Assembly (NCBI GenBank): GCA_038733315.1
Contig: JAVYPJ010000002.1
Coordinates: forward strand, 192,001 to 256,000
DNA: 64,000 bases
DNA from: Candidatus Aenigmatarchaeota archaeon
Lineage (GTDB): Archaea > Aenigmatarchaeota > Aenigmatarchaeia > CG10238-14 > SpSt-28
Direction of reading: 5' to 3'
Below the pieces are notes generated by a model. It did not search any database, was not told the DNA's origin, and saw only the letters and a list, made by a program, of their open reading frames with translations. A program made the translations under genes and the position numbers. The number at the start of each line of letters is the position of its first letter. Positions within the stretch are counted from its first letter, which is position 1. This document shows positions 9,253-18,165 of the stretch, piece by piece.

Positions 9253-10769
9253 AATTCTATTTTATAACTAATTTCATCTTCTATTAGTTTTTTTATTTTT
9301 TCTCTTTCCTCATCACTAACTCCAAAAGTTATTTCGCTAAAAATAGCTAGGTGTTTTCTCAAACCAATAGTTGGACCCTCTGGAGTTTCTACTAAGCACA
9401 ATTTCCCAAAATGAGTAGGATGCAACTCTCTAGCTTCAAAATGTTCTTGAGTAGATTTTAATGGTGAGCTAACCACTCTTAAATGTGTTAAAGTTTTGTT
9501 GAAGTTCGTTCTCTCTAATCTTTGAGAAGTTCCGGTCCTATTTCCAATCCATGTTCCCACAGCCATTACAGATTGCACTATATTACTAACAAAATTTGCA
9601 TCTATTACAGCATTTATTGGTGGCAAGCTACCTCTTTTAGCAAGTTTATGATAATTAAAAATCATCCTATTTATAACCCCCTGCTTACCTTTTAAAATTG
9701 TTCTAAATAGAATTTCAAAAAGTTCTCCAGCTAATCTAACTCTTTTGTTTGCATAATGATCTATATCATCTTCCTTATCCTTACCTAACGCAACACCAAT
9801 CATTCTTTCAACTATTTTTGCCAAAAATATAGCTTTGTTTATCCTATCTTTTTTTGTTTGACCTAAGTGCAACAGGAAATACTTATCCAAAATCATTTCG
9901 GCCCTTTCTTTTCTTAGCTTCTTTTGTGGTATTTTAAGATACTCACCGATTTTATCCAAAGCCTCTTCTTGAGTCGTAATAGGATATTCATAGAAATTAA
10001 TTACAAATTCTTCTTGAATTTCCTTATCTTCCGAAATCAATTCTAATAATTTTTCATCATTTTCAATTCCCAATGCTTTAAATAAAACGACCAAAGGAAA
10101 ATCTCTTAAAGCAGAAAAAGTGGAAAGTAAAATTCCGTTTCTCTTTAATTCAAAAAGGTGTTTAACAATATAACCCTCTTTTTCTGAATTTACTCTACAA
10201 TTTACTATAACATTATTCTGATCTACCCTTCTTATTATTGGTTTATTGTTCGCCAATTCTTCTATTAGAATTAAATTTCTTTCAACTCCATTAATTATAA
10301 AATATCCACCAGGATCATCAGGATCTTCCTTAGCTGCCATCAATTCTTCTCTGCTCATTCTAGATAGCGGACATATTACAGATTTTACCATTACCGGTAA
10401 TTGCCCAAAATAAACTTCTATAGGATCGCTTTTTATTCCGCTAACTTCTGTAACAATTTTTATATACATAGGTGCCGAGTATGTTAACCCCCTTATTCTT
10501 GCTTCAAATGGTAATAATGGATTTGTTTCGCTTCTCACAACTCCATCGGCTTCTACAAAAGTTGGATAATTACTTACTCTACCATCTATAAAATGTATTT
10601 TTACATCACCTATTTCAGGAATCTCTGGCTCTATAGTACCTATATTTTTTATTAACTTAGAAAATCTTCTCTGCACGAAATCATTATATGAATCTATTTG
10701 ATACTTAACTAATCCAAACTCCTCAATATATTTTTTTAATAATGTTGTTATTAGCAAATTCTGGTTCAT
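9249..10769 (-). CDS. rpoB2: DNA-directed RNA polymerase subunit B'' (Rpo2N)
   Basis: QIDSYNDF, EARIRGLTYSAP, DPGGYFIING.E, DHYANKRVRLAG, ETPEG. Confidence 0.97.
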   Translation of the reverse strand: MNQNLLITTLLKKYIEEFGLVKYQIDSYNDFVQRRFSKLIKNIGTIEPEIPEIGDVKIHFIDGRVSNYPTFVEADGVVRSETNPLLPFEARIRGLTYSAPMYIKIVTEVSGIKSDPIEVYFGQLPVMVKSVICPLSRMSREELMAAKEDPDDPGGYFIINGVERNLILIEELANNKPIIRRVDQNNVIVNCRVNSEKEGYIVKHLFELKRNGILLSTFSALRDFPLVVLFKALGIENDEKLLELISEDKEIQEEFVINFYEYPITTQEEALDKIGEYLKIPQKKLRKERAEMILDKYFLLHLGQTKKDRINKAIFLAKIVERMIGVALGKDKEDDIDHYANKRVRLAGELFEILFRTILKGKQGVINRMIFNYHKLAKRGSLPPINAVIDANFVSNIVQSVMAVGTWIGNRTGTSQRLERTNFNKTLTHLRVVSSPLKSTQEHFEARELHPTHFGKLCLVETPEGPTIGLRKHLAIFSEITFGVSDEEREKIKKLIEDEISYKIEL

Positions 10770-11011
10770 CTTTCTACTACAACCCTATAATATATTGATT
10801 TTAAACCTAATATATCTCTTTCTATTTTTATAACATCCCCTACTTTTGCTCCTAAAGCTTTAACTGCTGGATCATCTATAAATATCTTAGGAAGTTGTGA
10901 TAATTTAGCTCCAAGTTTTTTTAGTAATTCATTCTTTTCTTCTTCCGAAAGTATAGAGTACTTTGGTGATAAAAAATAGTTAAAAACAATTTCTTTGTTT
11001 TTCTCTTCCAT
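10766..11011 (-). CDS. rpoH: RNA polymerase subunit H (Rpo5)
   Basis: QLPKIFIDDPAVKALGAKVGDVIKIER, YYRVV. Confidence 0.97.
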   Translation of the reverse strand: MEEKNKEIVFNYFLSPKYSILSEEEKNELLKKLGAKLSQLPKIFIDDPAVKALGAKVGDVIKIERDILGLKSIYYRVVVER

Positions 11012-11078
11012 ATAAATTAAATTACGTAAAATATTTATACTTTTCTTTTTTATATAAATACTTTCAAATCATTAATTT

Positions 11079-11504
11079 ATGAAAGGTATAAGTCCAATAC
11101 TAGCAACGGTAATTTTAATCGCAATAACAGTAGGAACAGCGCTTTTATTATGGGCGTTTGTACAGCAGTACATTTCAGCACATACATCCAGCATTCCAGA
11201 AATATGTTTAAATACAGTAGATTTTAAATGCAGGTATGAGAATGAGAATATAACATTTTGCATGTTTCAGCATTTATCAGGAAAAAAACTTAATGATGTT
11301 ACTATAAACTTTATATGTAAAAACCCTCAAAAAAGTAGTGATGAAAAAATTGGAATTGTACCTGTTGGGAGTTTAAAATCTATTTCGACAAACTTTAGCT
11401 GCCCACTTCAAGAATTATCTATTTTCGTTATAGGTAGATGCGAAGGATTTAAAAATAATCAAACAATTTATAGATGCGATGGTGTAAATTGTGTATTTGA
11501 TTAA
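11079..11504 (+). CDS. Archaeal type IV pilin-like protein
   Basis: Class III signal peptide MKG/ISPILATVILIAITVG; Cys-rich globular domain. Confidence 0.85.
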   Translation: MKGISPILATVILIAITVGTALLLWAFVQQYISAHTSSIPEICLNTVDFKCRYENENITFCMFQHLSGKKLNDVTINFICKNPQKSSDEKIGIVPVGSLKSISTNFSCPLQELSIFVIGRCEGFKNNQTIYRCDGVNCVFD

Positions 11505-12511
11505 TAGATAAAATCTGGATCAAAGTTTTTTAAAATAGTTTCAATTTTTAATATATTAGCTAGTTTTACTAATTTTTTCCTTTTTATAACTATGTCTGCA
11601 AACTTTCCAATAAGGATTGGCTTACAAAATATTTTTTTCAATTTTCTTTCGTAATTTTCTTTACAGTTACTTTTTATAGATTTATACGCCAAATATGCAG
11701 AAATTATTCCATAAGTAATACCACCAAAACTAAATGGTTTTAATAAACCACTAGCTTCGCCAATAATTAAACAATTTTTTAAAGAATGTTTTTTTAACTC
11801 GCAATAAAGTATTGGATGAGAATAACTATATTCAATTCTTTCTATTTCAAACTTTTCTAAAAATTTTTTGAAAACACTCAGTCTTAATCTAAAATCTATC
11901 AAACCTATTAAAGAATTTTCTCCAACTTCAATTAACCAACCGAATTTTGACTTGGAAAAATTCTTGTCGAAAAAAATATTAGCATCTATAAAATTTGAAT
12001 TTTTTAATTTTGCAAAAACTTCGAAAGAGTTATAAACTTTTTTATGCTTAAAAAGATTAAATCTATTCGCTATAAAAGAATATGGCCCGCTTGCATCTAC
12101 CAAAAAATCAAAATTAACTCTTCTCTTATTCGTTACTAAAAAATTTTTTTCTAAATTTACATCTAAAACTTCTTCTCCAAAACCAAACTTAGAATAATTT
12201 TTATCTGTTTGATTATATATTTCACTTTCTAATTTCAAATAATTTGTGAGATACATTCCGCTTGAACTTTTTACTTCTAAGAGTTTTTCATTCGAATACC
12301 AAAAGCTTGCAGTATTAATCTTTTTTATTACTATATCACTTTCTTTTAAAAAATCTAGAAAATCAAAAATTTTAGAAGAGACTAATGACGTGCTTCTATA
12401 ATTCTTTCCGACATCCTTTCTCATATCTATCACTAAATTCTTTATACCAGCTGAAGATAAAAAATAAGATAAAGAAAGCCCAGAAACTCCAGCACCTATA
12501 ATAACTATCAT
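11501..12511 (-). CDS. Geranylgeranyl reductase family FAD oxidoreductase
   Basis: GAGVSG dinucleotide motif, DASG, GEASG..KPFSFGGI. Confidence 0.75.
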   Translation of the reverse strand: MIVIIGAGVSGLSLSYFLSSAGIKNLVIDMRKDVGKNYRSTSLVSSKIFDFLDFLKESDIVIKKINTASFWYSNEKLLEVKSSSGMYLTNYLKLESEIYNQTDKNYSKFGFGEEVLDVNLEKNFLVTNKRRVNFDFLVDASGPYSFIANRFNLFKHKKVYNSFEVFAKLKNSNFIDANIFFDKNFSKSKFGWLIEVGENSLIGLIDFRLRLSVFKKFLEKFEIERIEYSYSHPILYCELKKHSLKNCLIIGEASGLLKPFSFGGITYGIISAYLAYKSIKSNCKENYERKLKKIFCKPILIGKFADIVIKRKKLVKLANILKIETILKNFDPDFIY

Positions 12512-13200
12512 TTACCAAAGTTCCTTTGAATTTTATTGAACCATTTTATAGCGTCTAATATGTCTCTCTTATTTATTTCTGGCCATAACTTCTTTGTTAC
12601 ATAAATTTCGGCATAAGTAGATTGAAAAGGCAAAAAATTAGAAAGTCTCGAATATCCACCAGATCTTATTATTAAATCTACATTATCCTTAACTAATAGG
12701 TATTTTCTCAATTCATCCTCATTAATCTTTTCTATTTTTATTTTTCTTTTTGCGATTTCTCTCATTGCTTTAAGAATTTCGTAAGTGCCACTATAAGCTA
12801 TTAATATGTTTAAAATTCTCTTGTTATATTTAGATGTTTTTCTAACTATTTTACTCATTAATTTTGTTAGCGATTTTGGTAAGGAAATTAAATTTCCGCA
12901 GAAATTAATTTTTACTTCGTATAATTCTAATTCTTTATATTCTCCATTTAACCATCTTTTTAAATATTGTCTTAAAATCTTAAACAATCCTCTCTTTTCT
13001 TTTTCACTCCTGTTTATTAAGTTTTCTAGCGATAATGCATATATGCTTACTTTCTTAACACCAATCTCTAAAAGATAGCTGAGAATTTCTTCAATTTTTT
13101 TTGCACCATAAAAATGCCCCATATATGGAGGCAACCCCTTTTTTCTTGCCCACCTTCTATTTCCATCTGGTATTATTCCTATGTGTTCTGGAACTTTCAT
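12508..13200 (-). CDS. uppS: cis-prenyltransferase (polyprenyl diphosphate synthase)
   Basis: HIGIIPDGNRRWA, SLENL.R, DLIIRSGG.SRLSNF, C-terminal RNFGK. Confidence 0.95.
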   Translation of the reverse strand: MKVPEHIGIIPDGNRRWARKKGLPPYMGHFYGAKKIEEILSYLLEIGVKKVSIYALSLENLINRSEKEKRGLFKILRQYLKRWLNGEYKELELYEVKINFCGNLISLPKSLTKLMSKIVRKTSKYNKRILNILIAYSGTYEILKAMREIAKRKIKIEKINEDELRKYLLVKDNVDLIIRSGGYSRLSNFLPFQSTYAEIYVTKKLWPEINKRDILDAIKWFNKIQRNFGK

Positions 13201-13550
13201 AGCTTGGGATTCAATATTTTAAAGTTTAACTCTTTTAATTTGTTTTCTATTTCAACTCTTTTCTTTTTTCCAACCGTAGATGCTATTCTAATAGCATATA
13301 AGTTTTTATCTAAATCTTTAATTTTTTCGATATCTTTTAAACTTCTTACTAAAATTTCGTAGTAGCCAGCCTTGTTTTTGTATTTTAAGTTCTTAGGAGC
13401 ACCATAACCAATTCTAACAACCTTTGGTTTGCCTTTTTTATGCAACCTTACTTTACTTTGCCTGCCTCTAGGCTTTCTCCAATTTCCCTTTAATCTTTTA
13501 ACCGAATCCTTCATTTGCCTTTTAAAATTTGGTAATTTTCTTGGATTCAT
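13197..13550 (-). CDS. rpl32e: 50S ribosomal protein L32e
   Basis: PNFKRQ, WRKPRGRQSKVR, IGYG, IASTVGKKKR. Confidence 0.95.
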   Translation of the reverse strand: MNPRKLPNFKRQMKDSVKRLKGNWRKPRGRQSKVRLHKKGKPKVVRIGYGAPKNLKYKNKAGYYEILVRSLKDIEKIKDLDKNLYAIRIASTVGKKKRVEIENKLKELNFKILNPKL

Positions 13551-13552
13551 GT

Positions 13553-14122
13553 TTAATTTAAGTTCTCTTTACTTATTAAGAATATTCCATCTTGAAAAAC
13601 TCTTCTGTCCCATTTCGGAACTCTTGTAGACTGTTCTATATTATTGCATGTTTGCCCGACATCTTCGATGTTGTTTCCAGAAACTATTAAATAATTCTCC
13701 TTCATCTCAACTTTTGCATTTCCGACTATCTCAGCTATTCTAGGCTTCTTTTCCCCTAAAAAATTATAAATAAAAATTTTACCCTCTTTTATTTCAATCT
13801 TTATCGGAAAATGAGAATAAACTATTTTCATAGTGTATTTATATCCCTTAGTAACCCCCTCGATTAAATTTCTCACATGCGCTATAATAGTATTAACCAT
13901 AGCTACATACTCTTTTCTAATTTTTGTTGTATATGCAATAAATTTGTTATCCTCTATTTTCATAAAAATTATCTTATTTAGCGCGTAATGTTTTATTTCC
14001 TTCGACGTTTTGCCCAATTTTCCCTCGCAAATTATTTTATTTTCTTGGATCTCTATTTTAACATCTTCCGGAATCCTAATTTCTGCTTTATATGTTTTTT
14101 GAGTTTCTGATTTAGTAGACAT
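13553..14122 (-). CDS. rpl6: 50S ribosomal protein L6 (start probably MSTK at 14122)
   Basis: HVRNLIEGVTKGY, YSHFPI, NFLGEK, DRRVFQDGI. Confidence 0.95.
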   Translation of the reverse strand: MSTKSETQKTYKAEIRIPEDVKIEIQENKIICEGKLGKTSKEIKHYALNKIIFMKIEDNKFIAYTTKIRKEYVAMVNTIIAHVRNLIEGVTKGYKYTMKIVYSHFPIKIEIKEGKIFIYNFLGEKKPRIAEIVGNAKVEMKENYLIVSGNNIEDVGQTCNNIEQSTRVPKWDRRVFQDGIFLISKENLN

Positions 14123-14498
14123 ATGCCAAAAGTTTCCCACCTATATGCAATTCTTTTGCTCTTTTATTGTCTATAACACCCTTAGATGTTGTTAATATTA
14201 TTATTCCAACATTTTTAGCCGGTAAAAATCTTTTTTCATATTTTTCTATTTCATCTATCTTAACAGAAAATCTCGGTATTATAACGTTGCAATCAACAAT
14301 TTTATTCTTGAGTTCTATTTTTATTAATCCTTGTTTATTATCTGGTATTATCTCTATATTTCCGACATACTTATTTTCTTGCATAACTTTTAAAACATTT
14401 TCTACCAACTTACTTCTCTTTACAACTACTTCTTTCTTACCAATTCTTTCAGCGTTTTTTATTTGAGATAGCACATCAGCTAATAAGTTATGCTGCAT
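14112..14498 (-). CDS. rps8: 30S ribosomal protein S8
   Basis: LADVLSQIKNAE, PRFSVK, RFLPA, TTSKG, GGKLLAYVY. Confidence 0.97.
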   Translation of the reverse strand: MQHNLLADVLSQIKNAERIGKKEVVVKRSKLVENVLKVMQENKYVGNIEIIPDNKQGLIKIELKNKIVDCNVIIPRFSVKIDEIEKYEKRFLPAKNVGIIILTTSKGVIDNKRAKELHIGGKLLAYVY

Positions 14499-14553
14499 AG
14501 TAATTCTTATATATATTGAAAATATAAATTTATAAAGAATTAATTTATGAATT

Positions 14554-14659
14554 GCCCCGGTCGTCTAGCGGCCAAGGATAGCGGCCTTTCGTTCAAGAAA
14601 GGATTGATAAAACAATGAAAGGAAAGCCGCAGACCCGGGTTCGAATCCCGGCCGGGGCA
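14554..14659 (+). tRNA. tRNA-Glu(TTC) with a 33-nt intron at canonical 37/38 (14592-14624); CCA not encoded
   Basis: GCCCCGG/CCGGGGC acceptor, GCGGC/GCCGC anticodon stem, CT-TTC-G loop interrupted by an insertion, GGTTCGAATCC T-arm; BHB can be drawn. Confidence 0.93.
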
Positions 14660-14685
14660 ATTTTTAAAAATTCTAACAAATAATT

Positions 14686-15297
14686 TTATTTGGTTAAGAC
14701 TTCGCTTTCTGTTTTTCTTTTACCTATAAAATCTTCTATAGAGTATCTAAACTCTTTATAATCTTTTATCTGCCCTTTAAGCAAAGCAATTTCTCTTGCT
14801 AAAAGATATAAAAATAATGCAATAGATTTTTTACTTTTGTTATTAATAGGAATTATAAAATCTATTCCTGAAGGATTGGATTTGGAGTTACAAAGAGCAA
14901 AAATCGGAACGTTCATTTTAAAAGCTTCTATTACAGCTCTAAAATCTAAATCTAAGCTAAAAACTAAAATTGCATCTATTTCTATAAAATTCTCGCTAGA
15001 ACAGTTAGTAAAAGTTCCTGGCAAAAATCTACCTAAATGAACATTCATACCTGTTATTTCTTTGAACTTTTCTAAGGGATAAAAATATTTTTTATTTCTG
15101 TTAATAATAATAACATTTTTGTTTACTAAATACCTAGCTAACATTCTTATTCTCCTATCTATTTCTCTTATATTTAATACAACACTTCCGTTTGGTAACT
15201 CTCTATATATAAATCTTTTCATTAAATCGTTCTTACCCTTTCCTAAGGGAATAAAATACTTTAAATACATTTTTTTACTTATTAACAACTTTTCCAT
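14686..15297 (-). CDS. rps2: 30S ribosomal protein S2
   Basis: MKRFIYR, GRFLPGTFTN, AVIEA, IDFIIP.NNKSKKSIAL. Confidence 0.93.
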   Translation of the reverse strand: MEKLLISKKMYLKYFIPLGKGKNDLMKRFIYRELPNGSVVLNIREIDRRIRMLARYLVNKNVIIINRNKKYFYPLEKFKEITGMNVHLGRFLPGTFTNCSSENFIEIDAILVFSLDLDFRAVIEAFKMNVPIFALCNSKSNPSGIDFIIPINNKSKKSIALFLYLLAREIALLKGQIKDYKEFRYSIEDFIGKRKTESEVLTK

Positions 15298-15302
15298 ATT
15301 TA

Positions 15303-15497
15303 TTATACAATATTCTTAATTAAATTTCTTATTTTGTTTTTAATTTCCTCTCTAACGCACTTAGAACAAAGATACCCACCAAAAATTCTATTAACCCTTT
15401 TCTTTGAAAGACAAAGTTTCTTAAGCTTATTAGCTCTAGGAATCCCATGAATTATTCCTTTACATTTTGCACATTTTACATATCCATATAGTTTCAT
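15303..15497 (-). CDS. rpl34e: 50S ribosomal protein L34e, N-terminally shortened (start 15497 or 15512)
   Basis: KCAKC..IHGIPR, KRVNRIFGGYLCSKC; position after the DUF106 gene. Confidence 0.88.
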   Translation of the reverse strand: MKLYGYVKCAKCKGIIHGIPRANKLKKLCLSKKRVNRIFGGYLCSKCVREEIKNKIRNLIKNIV

Positions 15498-15883
15498 TTT
15501 TTTCTTCCCCATATTTTTAAAATTATTCTACTAGTAAAGTATTTTAACATTAAGGTAAGTAGAAAAACTATTAAAATATACATCAAAACCCAACTAACCT
15601 CTAAGTTTAAATACGGTAAATATACCTTAAAATTACCCAAAAACATCCACAGAACGTAAAAAATTAGAATTCCGGCAAAGATATTAACAAAAATATATTT
15701 TGAGCTAATTCTAAAAAATCTTATTTGACACTCCAAAACCTTATCTATTTTGTTTTCCTTAGAGTATTTTTCCATTTCTTTATAAAGTTCAGAAATCTTT
15801 CTATTTCTTTTAATAGCCAATTCAATTATAGTAGCTATGATTGCATAGATTATTGAAGCCGTTATTATTATAATTTCGCTCAT
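15494..15883 (-). CDS. EMC3/TMCO1 (DUF106, Oxa1 superfamily) membrane protein
   Basis: TM, coiled coil, two TMs, W..MY motif; conserved position secY-DUF106-rpl34e. Confidence 0.7.
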   Translation of the reverse strand: MSEIIIITASIIYAIIATIIELAIKRNRKISELYKEMEKYSKENKIDKVLECQIRFFRISSKYIFVNIFAGILIFYVLWMFLGNFKVYLPYLNLEVSWVLMYILIVFLLTLMLKYFTSRIILKIWGRKK

Positions 15884-17313
15884 TCTAAAAACCTTTTTAT
15901 GAAATTTGGTACATCTTCACTCTTTTCTCTCTTGATCATTAAGTAATAGCTATAAGACGCTGAAACGAGAATTATTAAAGCTGTATGATAAAGAATTGCT
16001 CCAAAAACGTCTGTTAAAACAGCTATTATTCCACTAAGTATTCCACTTAATATAGTTATAGTTGGTATGTATCTATCTAAAACATCTTTAATTACTCTTT
16101 CATCACTTCTATATCCACTAATTCCAAAACCATAATGAGATAGACTTTCAGCTATGGATTGTGGATCCATACCAGAAGAATATACCCAAATCCAAGAAAA
16201 GATAGTCAAAATTATAGTAAAAAATATAAAAAATACAATCGTTTTCAATATTTCTTTCTCTATGGTTATACCTTCTGGCAAAGTTTTTATTCCAAAAAAT
16301 TCAAGAATTAAGCCTCTAGGAACTGTGAAATAATAAGCAATTCCGCTAACAGCATAACCATTTGAATCAAAACAACCAAAAATTCCACATCTTAAATCAT
16401 CAACTTGAATAGTTGCGGAAGATAAAAACATCGAATGTAAAATCATTAAAAGTGATGAGCCAAAAATTAGAGGTAGTGTAGATGTATAAAACAAACTAAG
16501 CTCTAAGGGTCTTCCAAAACCTCTAAATTGAGTATAAACTAATGGTATTTCTATAACACTTCTTATAAACACTATCGAAAGAACAATTAATCCAAAAGTT
16601 GAAATAAGAGAAATTAAAGAACTCAAAAAAATTTCATAGTTTCCTCTTTCCATAGCAACAATTAAAGAAAGTAATTTTCCAGTGGGGTATGCGTTATCTT
16701 CTTGAAACCAAAGAATATACTTTCCAGTTTTGTATGAAATAGTAAATGGGCTTAACAAATTCACAAAAAACATGTAAATTATTCCGGCGAGAATTATTAA
16801 AGTTAACCCGCTTCCAAATCTTGTTTTATCAATACCCTTAGAAATTAAATAAACTAAAATGCCACCAAGAACTATTTGAAAATAAACTATTGCAAAAAAA
16901 CCAGGCTTTATTGGAACTTGGAAAGCAAATGCTAAACCCTCTATAAATATAAATAAATACGCTAATATAGCTTCTAAAGCCTTTGTTTTTTTTCTACCCT
17001 CTATATCTTTTATATCCCAGCCTAAAATCTTAGAAGATACGAGCAAATGAACTATAATAGATGCAGTAATTATTGGAGTTACGCCCAATGTAGCTAAGGT
17101 TCCTATTTTAGATCCGGTTAATGTTGAGTATAAAACCATAAACGGATTTGGTGTTTGATATGCATGTAATGTTCCTACTAAGGGAATGTTGAGCAAAAAG
17201 AAGTATAAAAGCAAAAATATGCAAATCCACTTCAACTTTTCTCTAAACGATAAACTCGTTTTAAATTCTTCAACAGTTGGCAAATACTTAGAAATTTTTA
17301 TTAGTATATCCAT
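15880..17313 (-). CDS. secY: Preprotein translocase SecY
   Basis: FREKLKW, GTLATLGVTPIITASII, GSGLTL.I, GMDP, GYRSD, RYIP; about 10 TMs; follows rpl15. Confidence 0.95.
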   Translation of the reverse strand: MDILIKISKYLPTVEEFKTSLSFREKLKWICIFLLLYFFLLNIPLVGTLHAYQTPNPFMVLYSTLTGSKIGTLATLGVTPIITASIIVHLLVSSKILGWDIKDIEGRKKTKALEAILAYLFIFIEGLAFAFQVPIKPGFFAIVYFQIVLGGILVYLISKGIDKTRFGSGLTLIILAGIIYMFFVNLLSPFTISYKTGKYILWFQEDNAYPTGKLLSLIVAMERGNYEIFLSSLISLISTFGLIVLSIVFIRSVIEIPLVYTQFRGFGRPLELSLFYTSTLPLIFGSSLLMILHSMFLSSATIQVDDLRCGIFGCFDSNGYAVSGIAYYFTVPRGLILEFFGIKTLPEGITIEKEILKTIVFFIFFTIILTIFSWIWVYSSGMDPQSIAESLSHYGFGISGYRSDERVIKDVLDRYIPTITILSGILSGIIAVLTDVFGAILYHTALIILVSASYSYYLMIKREKSEDVPNFIKRFLE

Positions 17314-17325
17314 AATTTTTTAGAA

Positions 17326-17745
17326 TTATGTAAAAATTACTTTTCCTCCCATACTTTCTATCTTTTTAATTGCATTCTTAGAAGCTTTACTTATTCTAAC
17401 TATTACTTTTCTATTTATACTCCCCTTAGATAAAAGCTTGTCATACCCCAATTTTTTAAGATCTATTTCTATATTATTTTCATCGATTTTCCCTTCTATA
17501 ATCATTCTATCTATAAGATTTGAAAGCTGAGATAAAGTTATTGTTTTTAACTCCTTTCTTAATGGATAAGAAAACCCTTTTTTTCCTATGGATTCTGGGT
17601 AATATTTTAGAAAATACATTAATTTTGAACCGAACTTACCAGCATTTCCCCTCCCCCCTCTTGAGCCTTTGCCTCTAGGATACCCATGCTTTCCATGGTA
17701 CGTTCTTTCACCCCTTCTCCTTTTTTTCTTAAACCTCACTACCAT
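17326..17745 (-). CDS. rpl15: 50S ribosomal protein L15 (uL15)
   Basis: RGERTYHG, RGKGSRGGRGNAG, GKKGF, KLLSKG, AIKKIESMGG. Confidence 0.95.
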   Translation of the reverse strand: MVVRFKKKRRRGERTYHGKHGYPRGKGSRGGRGNAGKFGSKLMYFLKYYPESIGKKGFSYPLRKELKTITLSQLSNLIDRMIIEGKIDENNIEIDLKKLGYDKLLSKGSINRKVIVRISKASKNAIKKIESMGGKVIFT

Positions 17746-18155
17746 TTATATTTTTTATACAATAATGAATAAATTTCCTTCGAAAGCAGAAGCAATAAAG
17801 ATATTAGCGATAAAATAGAGGCTTCTAAGAGATATCCTAGGCCTACTAGCATTCCTATTGCAGAAACAAACCATAAGGATGCTGCAGTTGTTACCCCTAT
17901 AACCTTTTCTTCAATCTTTTCCTTTATTATTACACCCGCACCTATAAATCCCATTCCAACTAGTATATTTGCAATAATTCTTGCAGCATCCTGCTTTTCA
18001 AAAAAATCCATTGAAAAATAGGTAAATGTAAAGGCAGCTAAACCAACTAATATATGAGTTCTTACTCCAGCGGATTTATGCCTACTTTCCCTCTCTAAAC
18101 CTATTATACCACTAAGAATTATTATTAATGCTACCTTAATTAAAAACTCTTCCAT
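17739..18155 (-). CDS. MgtC/SapB family membrane protein (start MEEF at 18155)
   Basis: IIGLERE, AGVRTH.LV, RIIANI..GMGFIGAG, GVTTAASLW. Confidence 0.9.
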   Translation of the reverse strand: MEEFLIKVALIIILSGIIGLERESRHKSAGVRTHILVGLAAFTFTYFSMDFFEKQDAARIIANILVGMGFIGAGVIIKEKIEEKVIGVTTAASLWFVSAIGMLVGLGYLLEASILSLISLLLLLSKEIYSLLYKKYKW

Positions 18156-18165
18156 ACATATTTTT

